Positions 1 through 9,836 of a stretch of DNA of 53,905 nucleotides are shown here, piece after piece. The stretch is taken from positions 1 to 53,905 of the IMG/VR virus record IMGVR_UViG_3300048836_001050, one strand, 5' to 3'. The translations under genes were made by a program, and so were the position numbers. The DNA is from a virus (Duplodnaviria > Caudoviricetes). Each line of letters begins with the position of its first letter. Position 1 is the first letter of the stretch. The notes under the pieces were generated by a model. It was not told where the DNA came from. It ran no database searches and saw nothing but the letters and a program-made list of their open reading frames with translations.

Positions 1-664
1 CGATTTTCATGGAATCGCCGGTATTGCTGTTGGAAGTGCCGTCGCGCCGCTTGAAATCGGCGGGCAGCGTGCTGGCGACGCCATAAGGGATTTTCGGCTT
101 GCCCGGCTGCGCACCGGTAAACACCGAACCGGAGTACTCCCAGGACTGCTCATACATCCCGAATTCCGGGTTGAACTCATAAACCGGCTTGGCGAAGCGC
201 AAATACTGATTGTTGAGATTATAAATGCCGACGTTGGAGCCGAACGTCTCGCAGTCGGCGTTGTCGCCCGCAGGAGCGTTCCCCCACGTGCCGTCCGACC
301 AGGCTTTGAAGTTGGGGGTGTCGAGCCAACTCGCGTTGTCGGCGCTGGTTTGCACCTGAACGAACCCGGCGTCTCCGGGAAACTCGGGATTAAAACCGAA
401 CTCGGTGGGAAACTTCAACTCAACGTAAATACCGCGTGGCGTGCCTAATACGGGAGAATGCATAGTTTTGTCCTTACGATTTTTTTCACTTCTCTTGCCG
501 GATTGCCGGATTGCTGCCGCTTTTGCCGGTTTCGTCTTTACATCCGGCACTACCTCACGACCTCGCCAACCCGCCACCGTCAGCAGTGCCAGAATGGGGA
601 GTACTCCCAGCGTCACCGCCAGCAGCGTGCGCGGGCTGATTTCTTCTTCGTTTTGCCGCTTCAT
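1..664 (-). CDS. hypothetical protein, truncated by left window edge (possible virion or membrane-anchored protein)
   Basis: Not in the ORF track. Manual translation from ATG 664: MKRQNEEEISPRTLLAVTLGVLPILALLTVAGW...MHSPVLGTPRGIYVELKFP..., open to position 1. Alternative in-frame start at 463 after AAGGA. Confidence 0.7.
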   Translation of the reverse strand, partial: MKRQNEEEISPRTLLAVTLGVLPILALLTVAGWRGREVVPDVKTKPAKAAAIRQSGKRSEKNRKDKTMHSPVLGTPRGIYVELKFPTEFGFNPEFPGDAGFVQVQTSADNASWLDTPNFKAWSDGTWGNAPAGDNADCETFGSNVGIYNLNNQYLRFAKPVYEFNPEFGMYEQSWEYSGSVFTGAQPGKPKIPYGVASTLPADFKRRDGTSNSNTGDSMKI

Positions 665-687
665 CTCAACTCAGGAAAATTATTTAA

Positions 688-717
688 TTGACACCGGCTA
701 TCACTGCGATATACAAT
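688..717 (+). promoter_or_regulatory. sigma70-type promoter, probably giving a leaderless mRNA, with a candidate operator in the spacer
   Basis: TTGACA (688-693), 18 nt, TACAAT (712-717); ATG at 725 with no SD. Quasi-palindrome TATCACTGCGATA at 699-711. Confidence 0.7.
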
Positions 718-724
718 ATCCACC

Positions 725-1690
725 ATGAAACAAGGCTCGTTTTTTCGTCTGCCCGAAACCACGCGCGACAAGCTGCGCCGGTTGGCCGAGCAGGAACGTC
801 GCACCCAGACTGCACAGGTCGAATATCTCATTGAAAAGGAAGCAGAACGCATTCTGCCCAAGGAGACCCCAGTAAATCGTCAATCGAAAATCGTCAATCG
901 TCAATCCGGTTTCACCCTCATCGAACTTTTGGTCGTCATCGCCATCATAGCGATTCTCGCCGCGATCCTGTTCCCGGTTTTTGCCAGAGCGCGAGAAAAC
1001 GCGCGCCGCGCCAGTTGCCAATCGAACCTGAAGCAGATCGGTTTGGGCATCATGCAATATACGCAGGATTATGATGAGCACACTCCTTTGCGCGATGGTG
1101 CGGCTCCTGGCGACGTGTCGGCTTCCAATCCCTACGGTTGGGCGGATGCGATTCAGCCGTATCTTAAAAGCACGCAGATTTATAAATGCCCCAGCGCAAC
1201 CGGCACCTTTTCCAATGATCCGACACAGGAAGGCTACACGACGTATTTTTACAATACCGGCGTGAATAACATCAGCATGGCGGCGATTGAATATCCTACC
1301 CAAACGCTTTTGAATGGCGACGGCAAGGTTGAAAAATCGCGTCACGCCTCCAATGGCTGCATTACCGGTACCACGAGTACTCCCATCACTGACGCCGACG
1401 CCGGTCAAGCCGGACAGGGTACATGGGGTGTCAGCGGCACGCCCTGCACCAGTGGCGATTTTGACCCAAATAACGCTATCAATTATCTGGGCGCGGCAGG
1501 CGGCGCCGATGCTGCATTTGGCCGCCATCTCGATGGCGCGAATTATAGCTTTGTGGATGGTCATGTGAAGTGGCTTAAAGGCGATCATGTTTCCGGTTCC
1601 GGGTCTGCCATCAATGGTTCAACGAAAATTTATAACGCCAACATCAAGGCCGAAGACGCGGGCGGTAAAGCGACTTTCAGCAGAAATTAG
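725..1690 (+). CDS. RHH/Arc-like N-terminal domain fused to a DUF1559-family prepilin (N-terminal cleavage/methylation motif, H-X9-DG C-terminal motif)
   Basis: G|[45 protein letters not shown] and [17 protein letters not shown]. Residues 1-45 ([33 protein letters not shown]) show the beta-alpha-alpha RHH pattern. Confidence 0.85.
   Translation: MKQGSFFRLPETTRDKLRRLAEQERRTQTAQVEYLIEKEAERILPKETPVNRQSKIVNRQSGFTLIELLVVIAIIAILAAILFPVFARARENARRASCQSNLKQIGLGIMQYTQDYDEHTPLRDGAAPGDVSASNPYGWADAIQPYLKSTQIYKCPSATGTFSNDPTQEGYTTYFYNTGVNNISMAAIEYPTQTLLNGDGKVEKSRHASNGCITGTTSTPITDADAGQAGQGTWGVSGTPCTSGDFDPNNAINYLGAAGGADAAFGRHLDGANYSFVDGHVKWLKGDHVSGSGSAINGSTKIYNANIKAEDAGGKATFSRN
875..906 (+). repeat. heptamer tandem repeat AATCG(TC/AA) x4.5
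   Basis: AATCGTC AATCGAA AATCGTC AATCGTC AATC, encoding [12 protein letters not shown] between the RHH-like part and the pilin cleavage site. Confidence 0.85.
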
Positions 1691-2298
1691 TTGGGTTCGC
1701 AGATAAACAGCGTTGTCCATTGACGGCTGCACGCAGCGACTTCAAAGCCTGCCGCGTGCAGCGCCTTTTTCCATTCGTCGCGTGTGGCGACACCGTGAAG
1801 CGAAGTTACGGCATCGGGAGTACTCAAGAACAATCCGCGCCGCGTGCGCTGGCGAATTTCTCTCAAAAACTCCGGCACGTCCGTTGCCGCGATATGTTCA
1901 ATGACTTCGATACAAAACGCATAATCGCATATTGGCACAGAGCCGGGTGTTTCGCGCGTTAGACGAAGCCAATCGCGATTCCACAATGTTAAATCCTGCT
2001 GCGAAAACTGTTGCGAAATGCTTTGCGCCAGCGCGAAGGCATCGGCGTCCGGTTCGACGCCATAATAACGCGCCACAAAACCAGCGTTCATCATTTGTTC
2101 CAAACCATAGCCAATGCCGGTGCCGATTTCTAAAATGTCCAAATCCGGCTGGCCTTTGAGAAGCTCAATCGGCGCGCGATACATTTGTCGGTGCCCGAAG
2201 CTGTAGGGCGCGCCGCCGCGCTTTTCATGCTCGCGCGCTTCAAAGCTCGGCGTCGGCTCCCGAACATAACGCGGCGCGTATTCAGTTGGGTTCATCAT
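1687..2298 (-). CDS. class I SAM-dependent methyltransferase
   Basis: [11 protein letters not shown] motif I, YYGVEPD, IEVIEHI, LFLSTP. Start set at ATG 2298 after GAGGG. Confidence 0.85.
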   Translation of the reverse strand: MMNPTEYAPRYVREPTPSFEAREHEKRGGAPYSFGHRQMYRAPIELLKGQPDLDILEIGTGIGYGLEQMMNAGFVARYYGVEPDADAFALAQSISQQFSQQDLTLWNRDWLRLTRETPGSVPICDYAFCIEVIEHIAATDVPEFLREIRQRTRRGLFLSTPDAVTSLHGVATRDEWKKALHAAGFEVAACSRQWTTLFICEPN

Positions 2299-3409
2299 AC
2301 ATTCCCTCGGTGATAATCGGTTTCTCGTTGCACTCGGCAGCCGCTTTAGCAACGGCCTCGGAGTACTCCAGATAGGGAAATACTTTCAAACCGCTATCGG
2401 GCGTGCAGTTCACAACATTGAATCCGGCGCGGTCGAGATAGGGCTTAGCCTCGCCCAGTCTGCGATTGAGGGCTTTGAAAACTTCGGTATTTATCCTCAC
2501 ATCTTCCGGCGTTCTGTTCTGCTCAAAAGCATAATTGGCCTTGCCGGTTTCCATCTTACAGTCGCAGCCCAACAAATACACCGTGCCTGCGCCCAGATAC
2601 CACAGCATTTTCAATGCTAAAATCATGGTGGACTTATAGCCTTTGATGCCATAAGCATCGGGGGTTTGTGGATTAGTTCCCCACGGAAAATCTGCATCCT
2701 CTAAAAACAGCCGCGCATCAAACCATTCTCCGCGATTGAAGAAATATGTGTTGGGCATTTGATGCGTGCGAAACGCACTGTCTTTGAGATTGCCGTTTTT
2801 GTCGCGTACGCGCGGAAACACATTACGCCGACCATGCGGCGCGAATTTGGTGATGGTCGGGTCTTTCCAAATCTGTTCGATAAAGCGGCGCGGCGTATCG
2901 CCACAAATCCAGTAATTTGGTTTGAATACGGCGGGGCTATTGTTGATTCCCATCGTCACGATGCCGCGCTGATTGAGCAGTGACAAGTCCATGCTGTTTA
3001 ATGACGGCCCGGCACCAATTAAAAACGCCACGCGCCCCACCAGCACATTGTGCAACGCCGCGCGTTCGCCATCGGCGTGATAGACACGAATGCGCCGTTT
3101 ATCCGCTGCACCCGATTGTTTTTCATCGCTGGTATTAAGCGGCAACGCCGGTTTATTCGCCACCTTCGGCAACGCCACGCCGGGAGTACTCCCGCCTCTT
3201 GCCTCGCGCCCCGCGCCTTTGTTTGCCAACACGCTTTTTACGCTCATATTCTCTCCTTTTCTACTCAAAACGTTTTGAGTGGCCGCGCAGTTGTTGCACA
3301 GGCATTGGTCGCGGTCTTTATAATTCACTTCGGCCAACTGGCCGCACGGCTGGCAGAACTCGCCTTTGCACATGCGGCAGTAAAACGCGGGTTTTTCTTT
3401 GGTATTCAT
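2282..3409 (-). CDS. Maf/DUF115/GT42-like (sialyltransferase-fold) glycosyltransferase with a Cys-rich N-terminus
   Basis: AFLIGAGPSL, TMGINN, PNYWICGD, LGAGTVYLLGCD, VVNCTPDS. ATGA overlap with the upstream gene at 3406-3409; alternative start at 3247 after AGGAG. Confidence 0.7.
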   Translation of the reverse strand: MNTKEKPAFYCRMCKGEFCQPCGQLAEVNYKDRDQCLCNNCAATQNVLSRKGENMSVKSVLANKGAGREARGGSTPGVALPKVANKPALPLNTSDEKQSGAADKRRIRVYHADGERAALHNVLVGRVAFLIGAGPSLNSMDLSLLNQRGIVTMGINNSPAVFKPNYWICGDTPRRFIEQIWKDPTITKFAPHGRRNVFPRVRDKNGNLKDSAFRTHQMPNTYFFNRGEWFDARLFLEDADFPWGTNPQTPDAYGIKGYKSTMILALKMLWYLGAGTVYLLGCDCKMETGKANYAFEQNRTPEDVRINTEVFKALNRRLGEAKPYLDRAGFNVVNCTPDSGLKVFPYLEYSEAVAKAAAECNEKPIITEGMYDEPN

Positions 3410-5886
3410 GCTCTTCGATCCATCACAGGCGCGCGCACTTCGCCTGCATCCTCCGGCACCAAAACGCAAATCTCCACCCGCTCGCTCGCCGCGCGCGGCA
3501 GATTCACCAGCTCGTTCCACTTGATTGGCGTGGTGTAGCTGCTCAAATCGTCTCTGGGCGCGTCGCTGTCAATGCGCAGCCACAAGTTCGGAATGACGGC
3601 ACCCGCCGCATGGAGCTTGCGCAAGCGCGTGGTTTCGTCAATATCCGAGACATCCGAAACCTGAATTGCTTCCCAAATGTTGCCGCCGGTTTCCTGCCCC
3701 ACGATGATGTATTTCTGGACGTTCACGCATCCGGCGTTTTCGCAGCGTGGGCGCGGCGGCCAGAAATCGCCGTTCACGCCGCCGTCGTCATACACCGTAA
3801 AACAAAAGTGATCCCAGACATCCGGCGAATACGGGAGACTGGAAACAGGAATCGGGGCGTAGGCGATGGTCGTGCCATCGTCCGTCAGCGCCAGAAACGG
3901 CACACCTTCCGGCTGCGTTTCACTCCGCGTCCAGTAGCCGCCGGCGGGCTGCGCGGCGTCCGCGTTCCATTTCAAAAACGCCGCCAGTTTGTCGGGATCG
4001 AGGCCGCGCGAAACCGCATCGGCGCGCGGGAAAGTAAACGCTTCCCGCAGCTCGTCCCAGTAGGAGCAGACTTTCACGAACTCGCCGCTCAAAGCGATTA
4101 TGCTCCAACTTGCCGACATTTGCGCCACGCCTTCGGCTTCTTCGACGAAGCGCCCGACGCAGTAAATGCGCTCGCTCCCATCTTCCAATGTGCAGCGCGT
4201 CAAACGGCGCGCGCGAAAATTCAAACTCGCGTCGCGCAGCGTTTGCCCGTCCGTGACGGCCCAGATCGCGTTCTCGCTTTGCGCCTCTTTGCCGCAGCAA
4301 ACGAGCTTTTGCCCGCCGGGAATACTCACGCTGCGCAGCCGTTGCCAGCGAGTATCGCTCGCCGCAAACGGCGCGTAATCGAGAGCCGTCCAGCGTCCAT
4401 CACTCATGCGCGCCAGGTACTGCTTTGCCTCTTCATCGCCGAACGGTTCATTTTGCACCCAGCCGTAGTAATCGCCCTGAAAAACTTCCGCGCAGTTGTC
4501 GCCGTGGAAAACCGTGCCGCGCCCGCTGCTGGTGCCTTGTGCCGACAGCGTTTTGAGCGTGTTGTAGAACTGCGCGAATTCGTCGTTGCCGATCGGCGCA
4601 CCCACGCCGCCGAAAAATTCCGTGAACCAGTGCAGGCGCCCTTCAATCTCTCGCAAACAGCGCCCGCCCGGATGCCCGTTCGTCGAGAGCGGCAGGCCGG
4701 GCAGTGCGTCGGCAATCGCAGCAGCGGAATCGTAGCGATGCAGGTGCGAGTGCGTCAGCATCAATTCCGTGCCGTCGCTCAGCGTTCCGCTTGAGCCGCG
4801 TTGCAAAATATCGCTCACGTTGGGATACAGCGACGCCTCGCACACCGGCACAAAATCGTTTTGTGAAATGCCGAGCAACACGGCTTTGGCGGGAGTACTC
4901 GCCTCCGGCGTGAAATGCCAGTAGGCGCTACGCGTGCCGCGCGTGGTGGCGATGGTACCGCCGAGTCGCGCCTCGCCCGCCGTTTCGCCGACTGTCATCA
5001 CGTCAAACGCCGAAACCGAAAGCGCGAGCGGATCAATCAAAACCAGCGTCTTTGTCGTTGTGGTATCGAGCCGGTTCAAAACCGCGCCGGGTGCTGGTTG
5101 AAAACCTTCGCCAACAGCAAACTCATCGCCGCCGACCGCAATCCGCAAAGCCGACCACGGCCCGCCGTCTGCGCCGGCGTCGCCATCGGAGATATATTGC
5201 GACCACGCGCCGACGTGCTGCAAACCGCCGTTGAGCAGCAGCGCGCTGTATTCGTCCCACATGACCGCGCCGGTCAATGACTCCTGCGTTTTGTCGGATG
5301 GCCTGCGCCCCACGTCAGCTTCCCAGTCCCAGATATAGTTTTGTCCGTTTTCCTCATACGAAAAACGCGCGGGAACGCTTTGAAGGCCGCGGACAGATAA
5401 ATAATCCGGCGGCAATGCCCAATCGCGCAGGGCGTTTTCAAGGCGCACCCACAACACCGCGTGAGAAGCAAGCGCCGGCAGTTGGACGGATACGGCGTTT
5501 TGCAAAACATCGAGCAAAAGAGCGCCGCTTGGCGCGTCCTGCAAAATCACGCGCCACTGGCCGCGCGCTTCGATGAAGCCGGGATTGGCGCGCTCCCAGC
5601 GCGCGAGCGGAGTACTCCCGACCAGCACGCGCGCGAGATCGTCATGCCCCATGAACTCGAACTCCGCGCCGTCGAGAGAGAGATTGGCGGCGTGAATCCA
5701 GATCGCGCCCGGCCCGCGCCACCGCCCCTCGTTGTCCGATTCCCACGAGCGTTCGCTCGATTCCCACGCGCTCGGCTGCGCGCCGCAGTACTCCACGCCC
5801 GCGAAGGCAAAACCGTCGAGTGGGAGTACTCCCGTGTTCGGCGGGAAGGTGTGGACGAGTTCGGTATCGAGCAGCGGCTTAGGCAT
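3406..5886 (-). CDS. large hypothetical protein, probable tail-associated structural protein
   Basis: 826 aa ORF coupled to neighbours in the late operon; no recognisable motif. Confidence 0.6.
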   Translation of the reverse strand: MPKPLLDTELVHTFPPNTGVLPLDGFAFAGVEYCGAQPSAWESSERSWESDNEGRWRGPGAIWIHAANLSLDGAEFEFMGHDDLARVLVGSTPLARWERANPGFIEARGQWRVILQDAPSGALLLDVLQNAVSVQLPALASHAVLWVRLENALRDWALPPDYLSVRGLQSVPARFSYEENGQNYIWDWEADVGRRPSDKTQESLTGAVMWDEYSALLLNGGLQHVGAWSQYISDGDAGADGGPWSALRIAVGGDEFAVGEGFQPAPGAVLNRLDTTTTKTLVLIDPLALSVSAFDVMTVGETAGEARLGGTIATTRGTRSAYWHFTPEASTPAKAVLLGISQNDFVPVCEASLYPNVSDILQRGSSGTLSDGTELMLTHSHLHRYDSAAAIADALPGLPLSTNGHPGGRCLREIEGRLHWFTEFFGGVGAPIGNDEFAQFYNTLKTLSAQGTSSGRGTVFHGDNCAEVFQGDYYGWVQNEPFGDEEAKQYLARMSDGRWTALDYAPFAASDTRWQRLRSVSIPGGQKLVCCGKEAQSENAIWAVTDGQTLRDASLNFRARRLTRCTLEDGSERIYCVGRFVEEAEGVAQMSASWSIIALSGEFVKVCSYWDELREAFTFPRADAVSRGLDPDKLAAFLKWNADAAQPAGGYWTRSETQPEGVPFLALTDDGTTIAYAPIPVSSLPYSPDVWDHFCFTVYDDGGVNGDFWPPRPRCENAGCVNVQKYIIVGQETGGNIWEAIQVSDVSDIDETTRLRKLHAAGAVIPNLWLRIDSDAPRDDLSSYTTPIKWNELVNLPRAASERVEICVLVPEDAGEVRAPVMDRRA

Positions 5887-6815
5887 CAGGGTTCCAATGA
5901 TCCGTCACTGTTGATGGTTAAATTTGTGGTGATGTGGTCGGGATGCGAGTTGGAGCCGTCGCCGTAAATCGAGCCGTCCGCGCGCCCCACGACGTTGGCC
6001 GACTGGCTGCGCTCGGCGTCATCAGTGGTCACCGGCGAGAGCGTTCCCAGCCGAATCACCATCTGCCGGGTAATCGCCAGTTCGTGCATCAGTTGATCCA
6101 CGACGGTCTGGCGCGGGCGAATACCTCCGTTTTGCATCTCGGCGCGTAATGTCGCAGTCAGCTCGTCCAGCATCGCTGCAATCACGATATCCGTGCGGCG
6201 CGTATCGCCCGGATCGGGCAGCCAGGGCGCGATGCCGGAATACGCGAAGCCACCACTGCCGCCACCGGAACCGCCACTTTCCAGCGCCGCTAATCGCGTC
6301 AGAATGCTTCGTTGACGCGCCTGCAAAACCGGCAAAGCGAGAATGACATCACTTTCCGCTTCGCTGGTATTGAGCAAAGTCACGGCATCGGCGCTGCTCG
6401 TGACTTTGCCTGCCGTGCCGGTGCCCAGCGCGTTTCGCGTTTCGCTGGTCGCCGCGCTCCATGTCACTACGCCGGTCGTTTCGTTCACCGTGGCAACGGG
6501 CGTTATCCAGCCGGTAAAGCCGCTCGGCACAATCAGCGTCTGGTCACCGTCCACCACGTGCAAAACGCCATCGGTAACGATTTGCGCGCCGGCGGGCAAA
6601 ATCACGGCGAGCGAGGGCGAGCCGGTCATTTGCAGTTTGCCAGCGTCGCCGTCATCAGTGACGAGGCGCCCGTCGCCGGTCAAAACGCCCGCACCAAAGC
6701 CCCCGCCTGCGTCGTCAATTTCGGCTTGCAGGTTCGGCAGCCAGAAATTATTCCACCAGGGCACCCAGTTGTCAGTGCTGTTGGTTGTGATTTTGTTATT
6801 TGGAGAGAGAGACAT
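5886..6815 (-). CDS. putative tail/baseplate or fibre-associated protein
   Basis: 309 aa, Gly/Thr-rich with a GGSGGGSGG linker, downstream of tail genes. Confidence 0.55.
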   Translation of the reverse strand: MSLSPNNKITTNSTDNWVPWWNNFWLPNLQAEIDDAGGGFGAGVLTGDGRLVTDDGDAGKLQMTGSPSLAVILPAGAQIVTDGVLHVVDGDQTLIVPSGFTGWITPVATVNETTGVVTWSAATSETRNALGTGTAGKVTSSADAVTLLNTSEAESDVILALPVLQARQRSILTRLAALESGGSGGGSGGFAYSGIAPWLPDPGDTRRTDIVIAAMLDELTATLRAEMQNGGIRPRQTVVDQLMHELAITRQMVIRLGTLSPVTTDDAERSQSANVVGRADGSIYGDGSNSHPDHITTNLTINSDGSLEP

Positions 6816-6817
6816 AG

Positions 6818-7069
6818 TTACTCTTCACCACCACCAAAATAAAAATCACTACTCCCCGGCGTTCCATCTCCCCACGGATCGCCAGGCGTCCACAGGCGCC
6901 GCACTTTCCCGTCTTCGTCAATGCGCGTGGTCGTGGCGCTCGCGCCATTTCCGATACGCCCTGCGCTCGATTGCAGGCGCGGCGATCCCGCGCCCGGCGG
7001 TCTGGCCTGACGGATCAAGTTCTTGTAGATGACATCGTCGTCGTGCGTCGCCATAGTTAAGGTCGCCAT
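6818..7069 (-). CDS. small hypothetical tail-region protein
   Basis: 83 aa ORF packed 2-3 nt from both neighbours. Confidence 0.6.
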   Translation of the reverse strand: MATLTMATHDDDVIYKNLIRQARPPGAGSPRLQSSAGRIGNGASATTTRIDEDGKVRRLWTPGDPWGDGTPGSSDFYFGGGEE

Positions 7070-7071
7070 AG

Positions 7072-9804
7072 TTAAAGCACCTCGATAATCTGCATTCGCT
7101 TGTCTTCGGCCAGCCGCACCGAAAGTTCCATTTGTGGCCCGTCACCAGCGTTCAGTGCTGCAAAGACAATATCTTCAGTTAAAAACTTGATGGCATTTAT
7201 CGTTACCAGATCTCCTTCGCGCACGGACGGGTCGTAATCCACCGTGATTTGCGCTGTCCACGGCAGCAATCCCTGGGGCGTGAGAGGGGTAATGTTGAGA
7301 AACTCGCGCGCCGCCAGTCGGCAGGCCGCATCGCTTTTGAGTGCTTCGTTCTGCGAAGCGGTGTAGTGATTGGGCGTTCCGGTGTAAAACATCGAATTTT
7401 CAAAGCGCGGATCAGTCGCCTGAGGAATGGACTCCGTCGCTTCGAAGGGCTGGCCTGTAAGCGGGTCTTTATCGCCGTAGAACGTTGCCGAGGTGTAGTA
7501 CTCCCGCGTGTCCTGCATCAGGACGATTCCCCCCGCTTGACCGGCCTTGCGCCGCAAGCGCAGTTTCGAATTCGGTGGCGCAGTCGTGGAATAGGCGAGG
7601 TCGGGCCGCACGCGAAAAGCCTTGCGCGTGAGATGGATACCGTCTTCGTTTTCCCAAAGCTCCCAGCGCGGCGCGTGGTCTTTGACCAACTGCTGCATCC
7701 ATTCCCAGTATTTCGTGCCTGCACTCGGCTTAATGCGAAACGGTTTCCCAACATGGCTCGGCTTGATTTGCGCCAGGTCATCTGTAATCTCACTCGGAAT
7801 GCCGACATAGCGCGAAAGCGGCAGTCCGCCGTCGCGCGCCAGTGAACGCAGAGCATCGTTCACACGAACTCCGTCACAGGAAAACCGAGCTTCGATTTCA
7901 GAATTCAAAAACCCGCTCGCGCCGCCGATTTCGACTTCGACCAAGTCACCGATGCTTGCTGCGGCTTGCAAATATCCACCGTTATCGCTCAGGTCGCTGA
8001 TCGCCGGGTGCGCATTGGTTGGGATGTAACCACCCTTTTGAATAACGGTGGTTTCCATGGTCGTGGTGTCCATCAGTTCGACATCAGCGGCAAGTCCCGC
8101 CAGTGGAATGAGAAGCCGCGATACGTTGTCGGCGTTATGAACGTGCAATTTGCTCAGGCGGCCACGCTTTTTCGTTGCCTGCATCGTAACATCTACGATG
8201 TGATTGCCGCTGTTGGCGGCGGGATTAGCGGCCTGGATTTGCGAGTTCCAGTGCTCGGTTTCTTCCTCGTCCACAACTGCCGCGATATATAACTCAACGC
8301 CGTAAAACTCCGGCGTGCGCCGGTCGCCTTCGAGCGTGACGACAATTTGATACAGGCCATCCGCCGGCACGCCGCCCCAGACTTTGGGCGCCTGCACTTC
8401 GACCAGTTGGGCTGAAAGCGTCGTCCCTTCCGGAGCCAGGCCGTTGATCGAAAACCGTAACTCGTCTTCGTCAAAGGCGAACGGAATCGGGAATGCGGGC
8501 GTCCTCGCTTTGCCCGGCGTGTGAAAAACCTCGCCATAAAGCACGCCCCATTTGCCGCCGTCGCTGTGCAATTGGATGTTCCCGCTCAGGCTGTGAGGGC
8601 GATACGAAACATCATCCGGCTTGTCTTTTTGCCATTCTTTGTTTTCGTAAATCCTGCGTTCATCGCCGACGTGAATCACGACGTGGCCACTTTCGAGCGG
8701 AATAAAAGTAATGTCCACCGGCACGTTCAAAAGGCTGCGCGAGGCTTCCTGTAAAACGAATTGCATCCTCGCGATAATCAGCTCATCTTCGATTTCGCGC
8801 TTGCGTTCTGCGTCCGCTGCCGTCAGCCCACGCTTGGATTCTTTTAAATCCTCGATCCTTTGCTCAAGGGCTTTGATGGAAGCGCTCTCCGAGGTCGTCA
8901 GTGCCTTGTCGCCTCCGTCACGCTTTTTGGCATCGTTGCGAATTTTCTGGATGTCGAGATGCCAGCCTAAAATAATTTGCTGGTCGTCGGGCGTGAGCCG
9001 CCCGCGATCTTTGATTTCTTCCAGTTCCCCACGCAAAGCTTCGGCGTCATCCGCGTCAAGGCGATAATGCACGAAGTCGGCGCTGTTGCCGTCACTGCCG
9101 ATGATCAGCGAGTACTCCCGCCCCAGCGCAATTTCAAAATCGTGGTCGGCCTGGCCTTTGGGCGGTTCCAGTCGTTTGAGCCGCAGAGCCACACCGCCTT
9201 CGATGGGAAGCACGCCAAAAACCGTGACCGGCACGTTCGCGACGCCCAAACCCCAAAAAATGCCTTCCGTGCCGCTCCCGCTCCAGTTGAATGAAGTTTC
9301 GAGGTAGCCTGCGCCGCCATCCGCGATCTGCGACAACAGATTTTCAAGAGTTTCAATTTCAGCAACGTCCTCTTCGTCTTTGTTTTCCTTGCCGAGCAAT
9401 TCGTCCAATTCGTTTTCATACTGGGCGCGGGCGAGAGCGCGGTATTCTTCTTCTTTTGCGCTGGGTGCGTAAAACCAGTCGCGTCCGGCGCGCGTGTTTT
9501 TCCACTCGACGGTGTAGTCGCAAATCAGGGCCGGCGGCTTGATGTTCTCGTAGTCGAAACTGCCTTCGGCGTCGAGGGCTTTCTCGTCAATGCCGACCCA
9601 GATCAAGCCGCCCAGATCGGCGTATTGATGCACGCTTTGGAAAATCGTGTTTGTATCGCGCCGCCCACCCCTCGCCCGAACACCTCTGGCTCGCGCCAAC
9701 GCCACCAATTCATTGGTGTAAATTTCGTAATCGAACGCCGGATGAATCACTTCATTGCGATAAAACCGCGCCCGCGGATAATACGGCGTTTTCCAATCAG
9801 TCAC
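7072..9804 (-). CDS. large minor tail protein (hub-like C-terminus, internal coiled-coil inserts)
   Basis: 910 aa, two genes after the tape measure; C-terminal YDPSVREGDLVTI hub-like motif; GTG start after GGAGG. Confidence 0.55.
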   Translation of the reverse strand: MTDWKTPYYPRARFYRNEVIHPAFDYEIYTNELVALARARGVRARGGRRDTNTIFQSVHQYADLGGLIWVGIDEKALDAEGSFDYENIKPPALICDYTVEWKNTRAGRDWFYAPSAKEEEYRALARAQYENELDELLGKENKDEEDVAEIETLENLLSQIADGGAGYLETSFNWSGSGTEGIFWGLGVANVPVTVFGVLPIEGGVALRLKRLEPPKGQADHDFEIALGREYSLIIGSDGNSADFVHYRLDADDAEALRGELEEIKDRGRLTPDDQQIILGWHLDIQKIRNDAKKRDGGDKALTTSESASIKALEQRIEDLKESKRGLTAADAERKREIEDELIIARMQFVLQEASRSLLNVPVDITFIPLESGHVVIHVGDERRIYENKEWQKDKPDDVSYRPHSLSGNIQLHSDGGKWGVLYGEVFHTPGKARTPAFPIPFAFDEDELRFSINGLAPEGTTLSAQLVEVQAPKVWGGVPADGLYQIVVTLEGDRRTPEFYGVELYIAAVVDEEETEHWNSQIQAANPAANSGNHIVDVTMQATKKRGRLSKLHVHNADNVSRLLIPLAGLAADVELMDTTTMETTVIQKGGYIPTNAHPAISDLSDNGGYLQAAASIGDLVEVEIGGASGFLNSEIEARFSCDGVRVNDALRSLARDGGLPLSRYVGIPSEITDDLAQIKPSHVGKPFRIKPSAGTKYWEWMQQLVKDHAPRWELWENEDGIHLTRKAFRVRPDLAYSTTAPPNSKLRLRRKAGQAGGIVLMQDTREYYTSATFYGDKDPLTGQPFEATESIPQATDPRFENSMFYTGTPNHYTASQNEALKSDAACRLAAREFLNITPLTPQGLLPWTAQITVDYDPSVREGDLVTINAIKFLTEDIVFAALNAGDGPQMELSVRLAEDKRMQIIEVL

Positions 9805-9836
9805 CTCTCAATCACCTCCTTTTGATAATTCGCCTT

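Noticed and set aside
1687-2295. Adjacent genes both ending in EPN-stop
   Set aside because: Too short to tell from coincidence.
3199-4794. 531-aa plus-strand ORF, and similar long ones at 25331-27127, 17276-18310, 40825-41922 and 44003-44944
   Set aside because: Antisense shadows of well-supported minus-strand genes in GC-rich DNA; no motifs.
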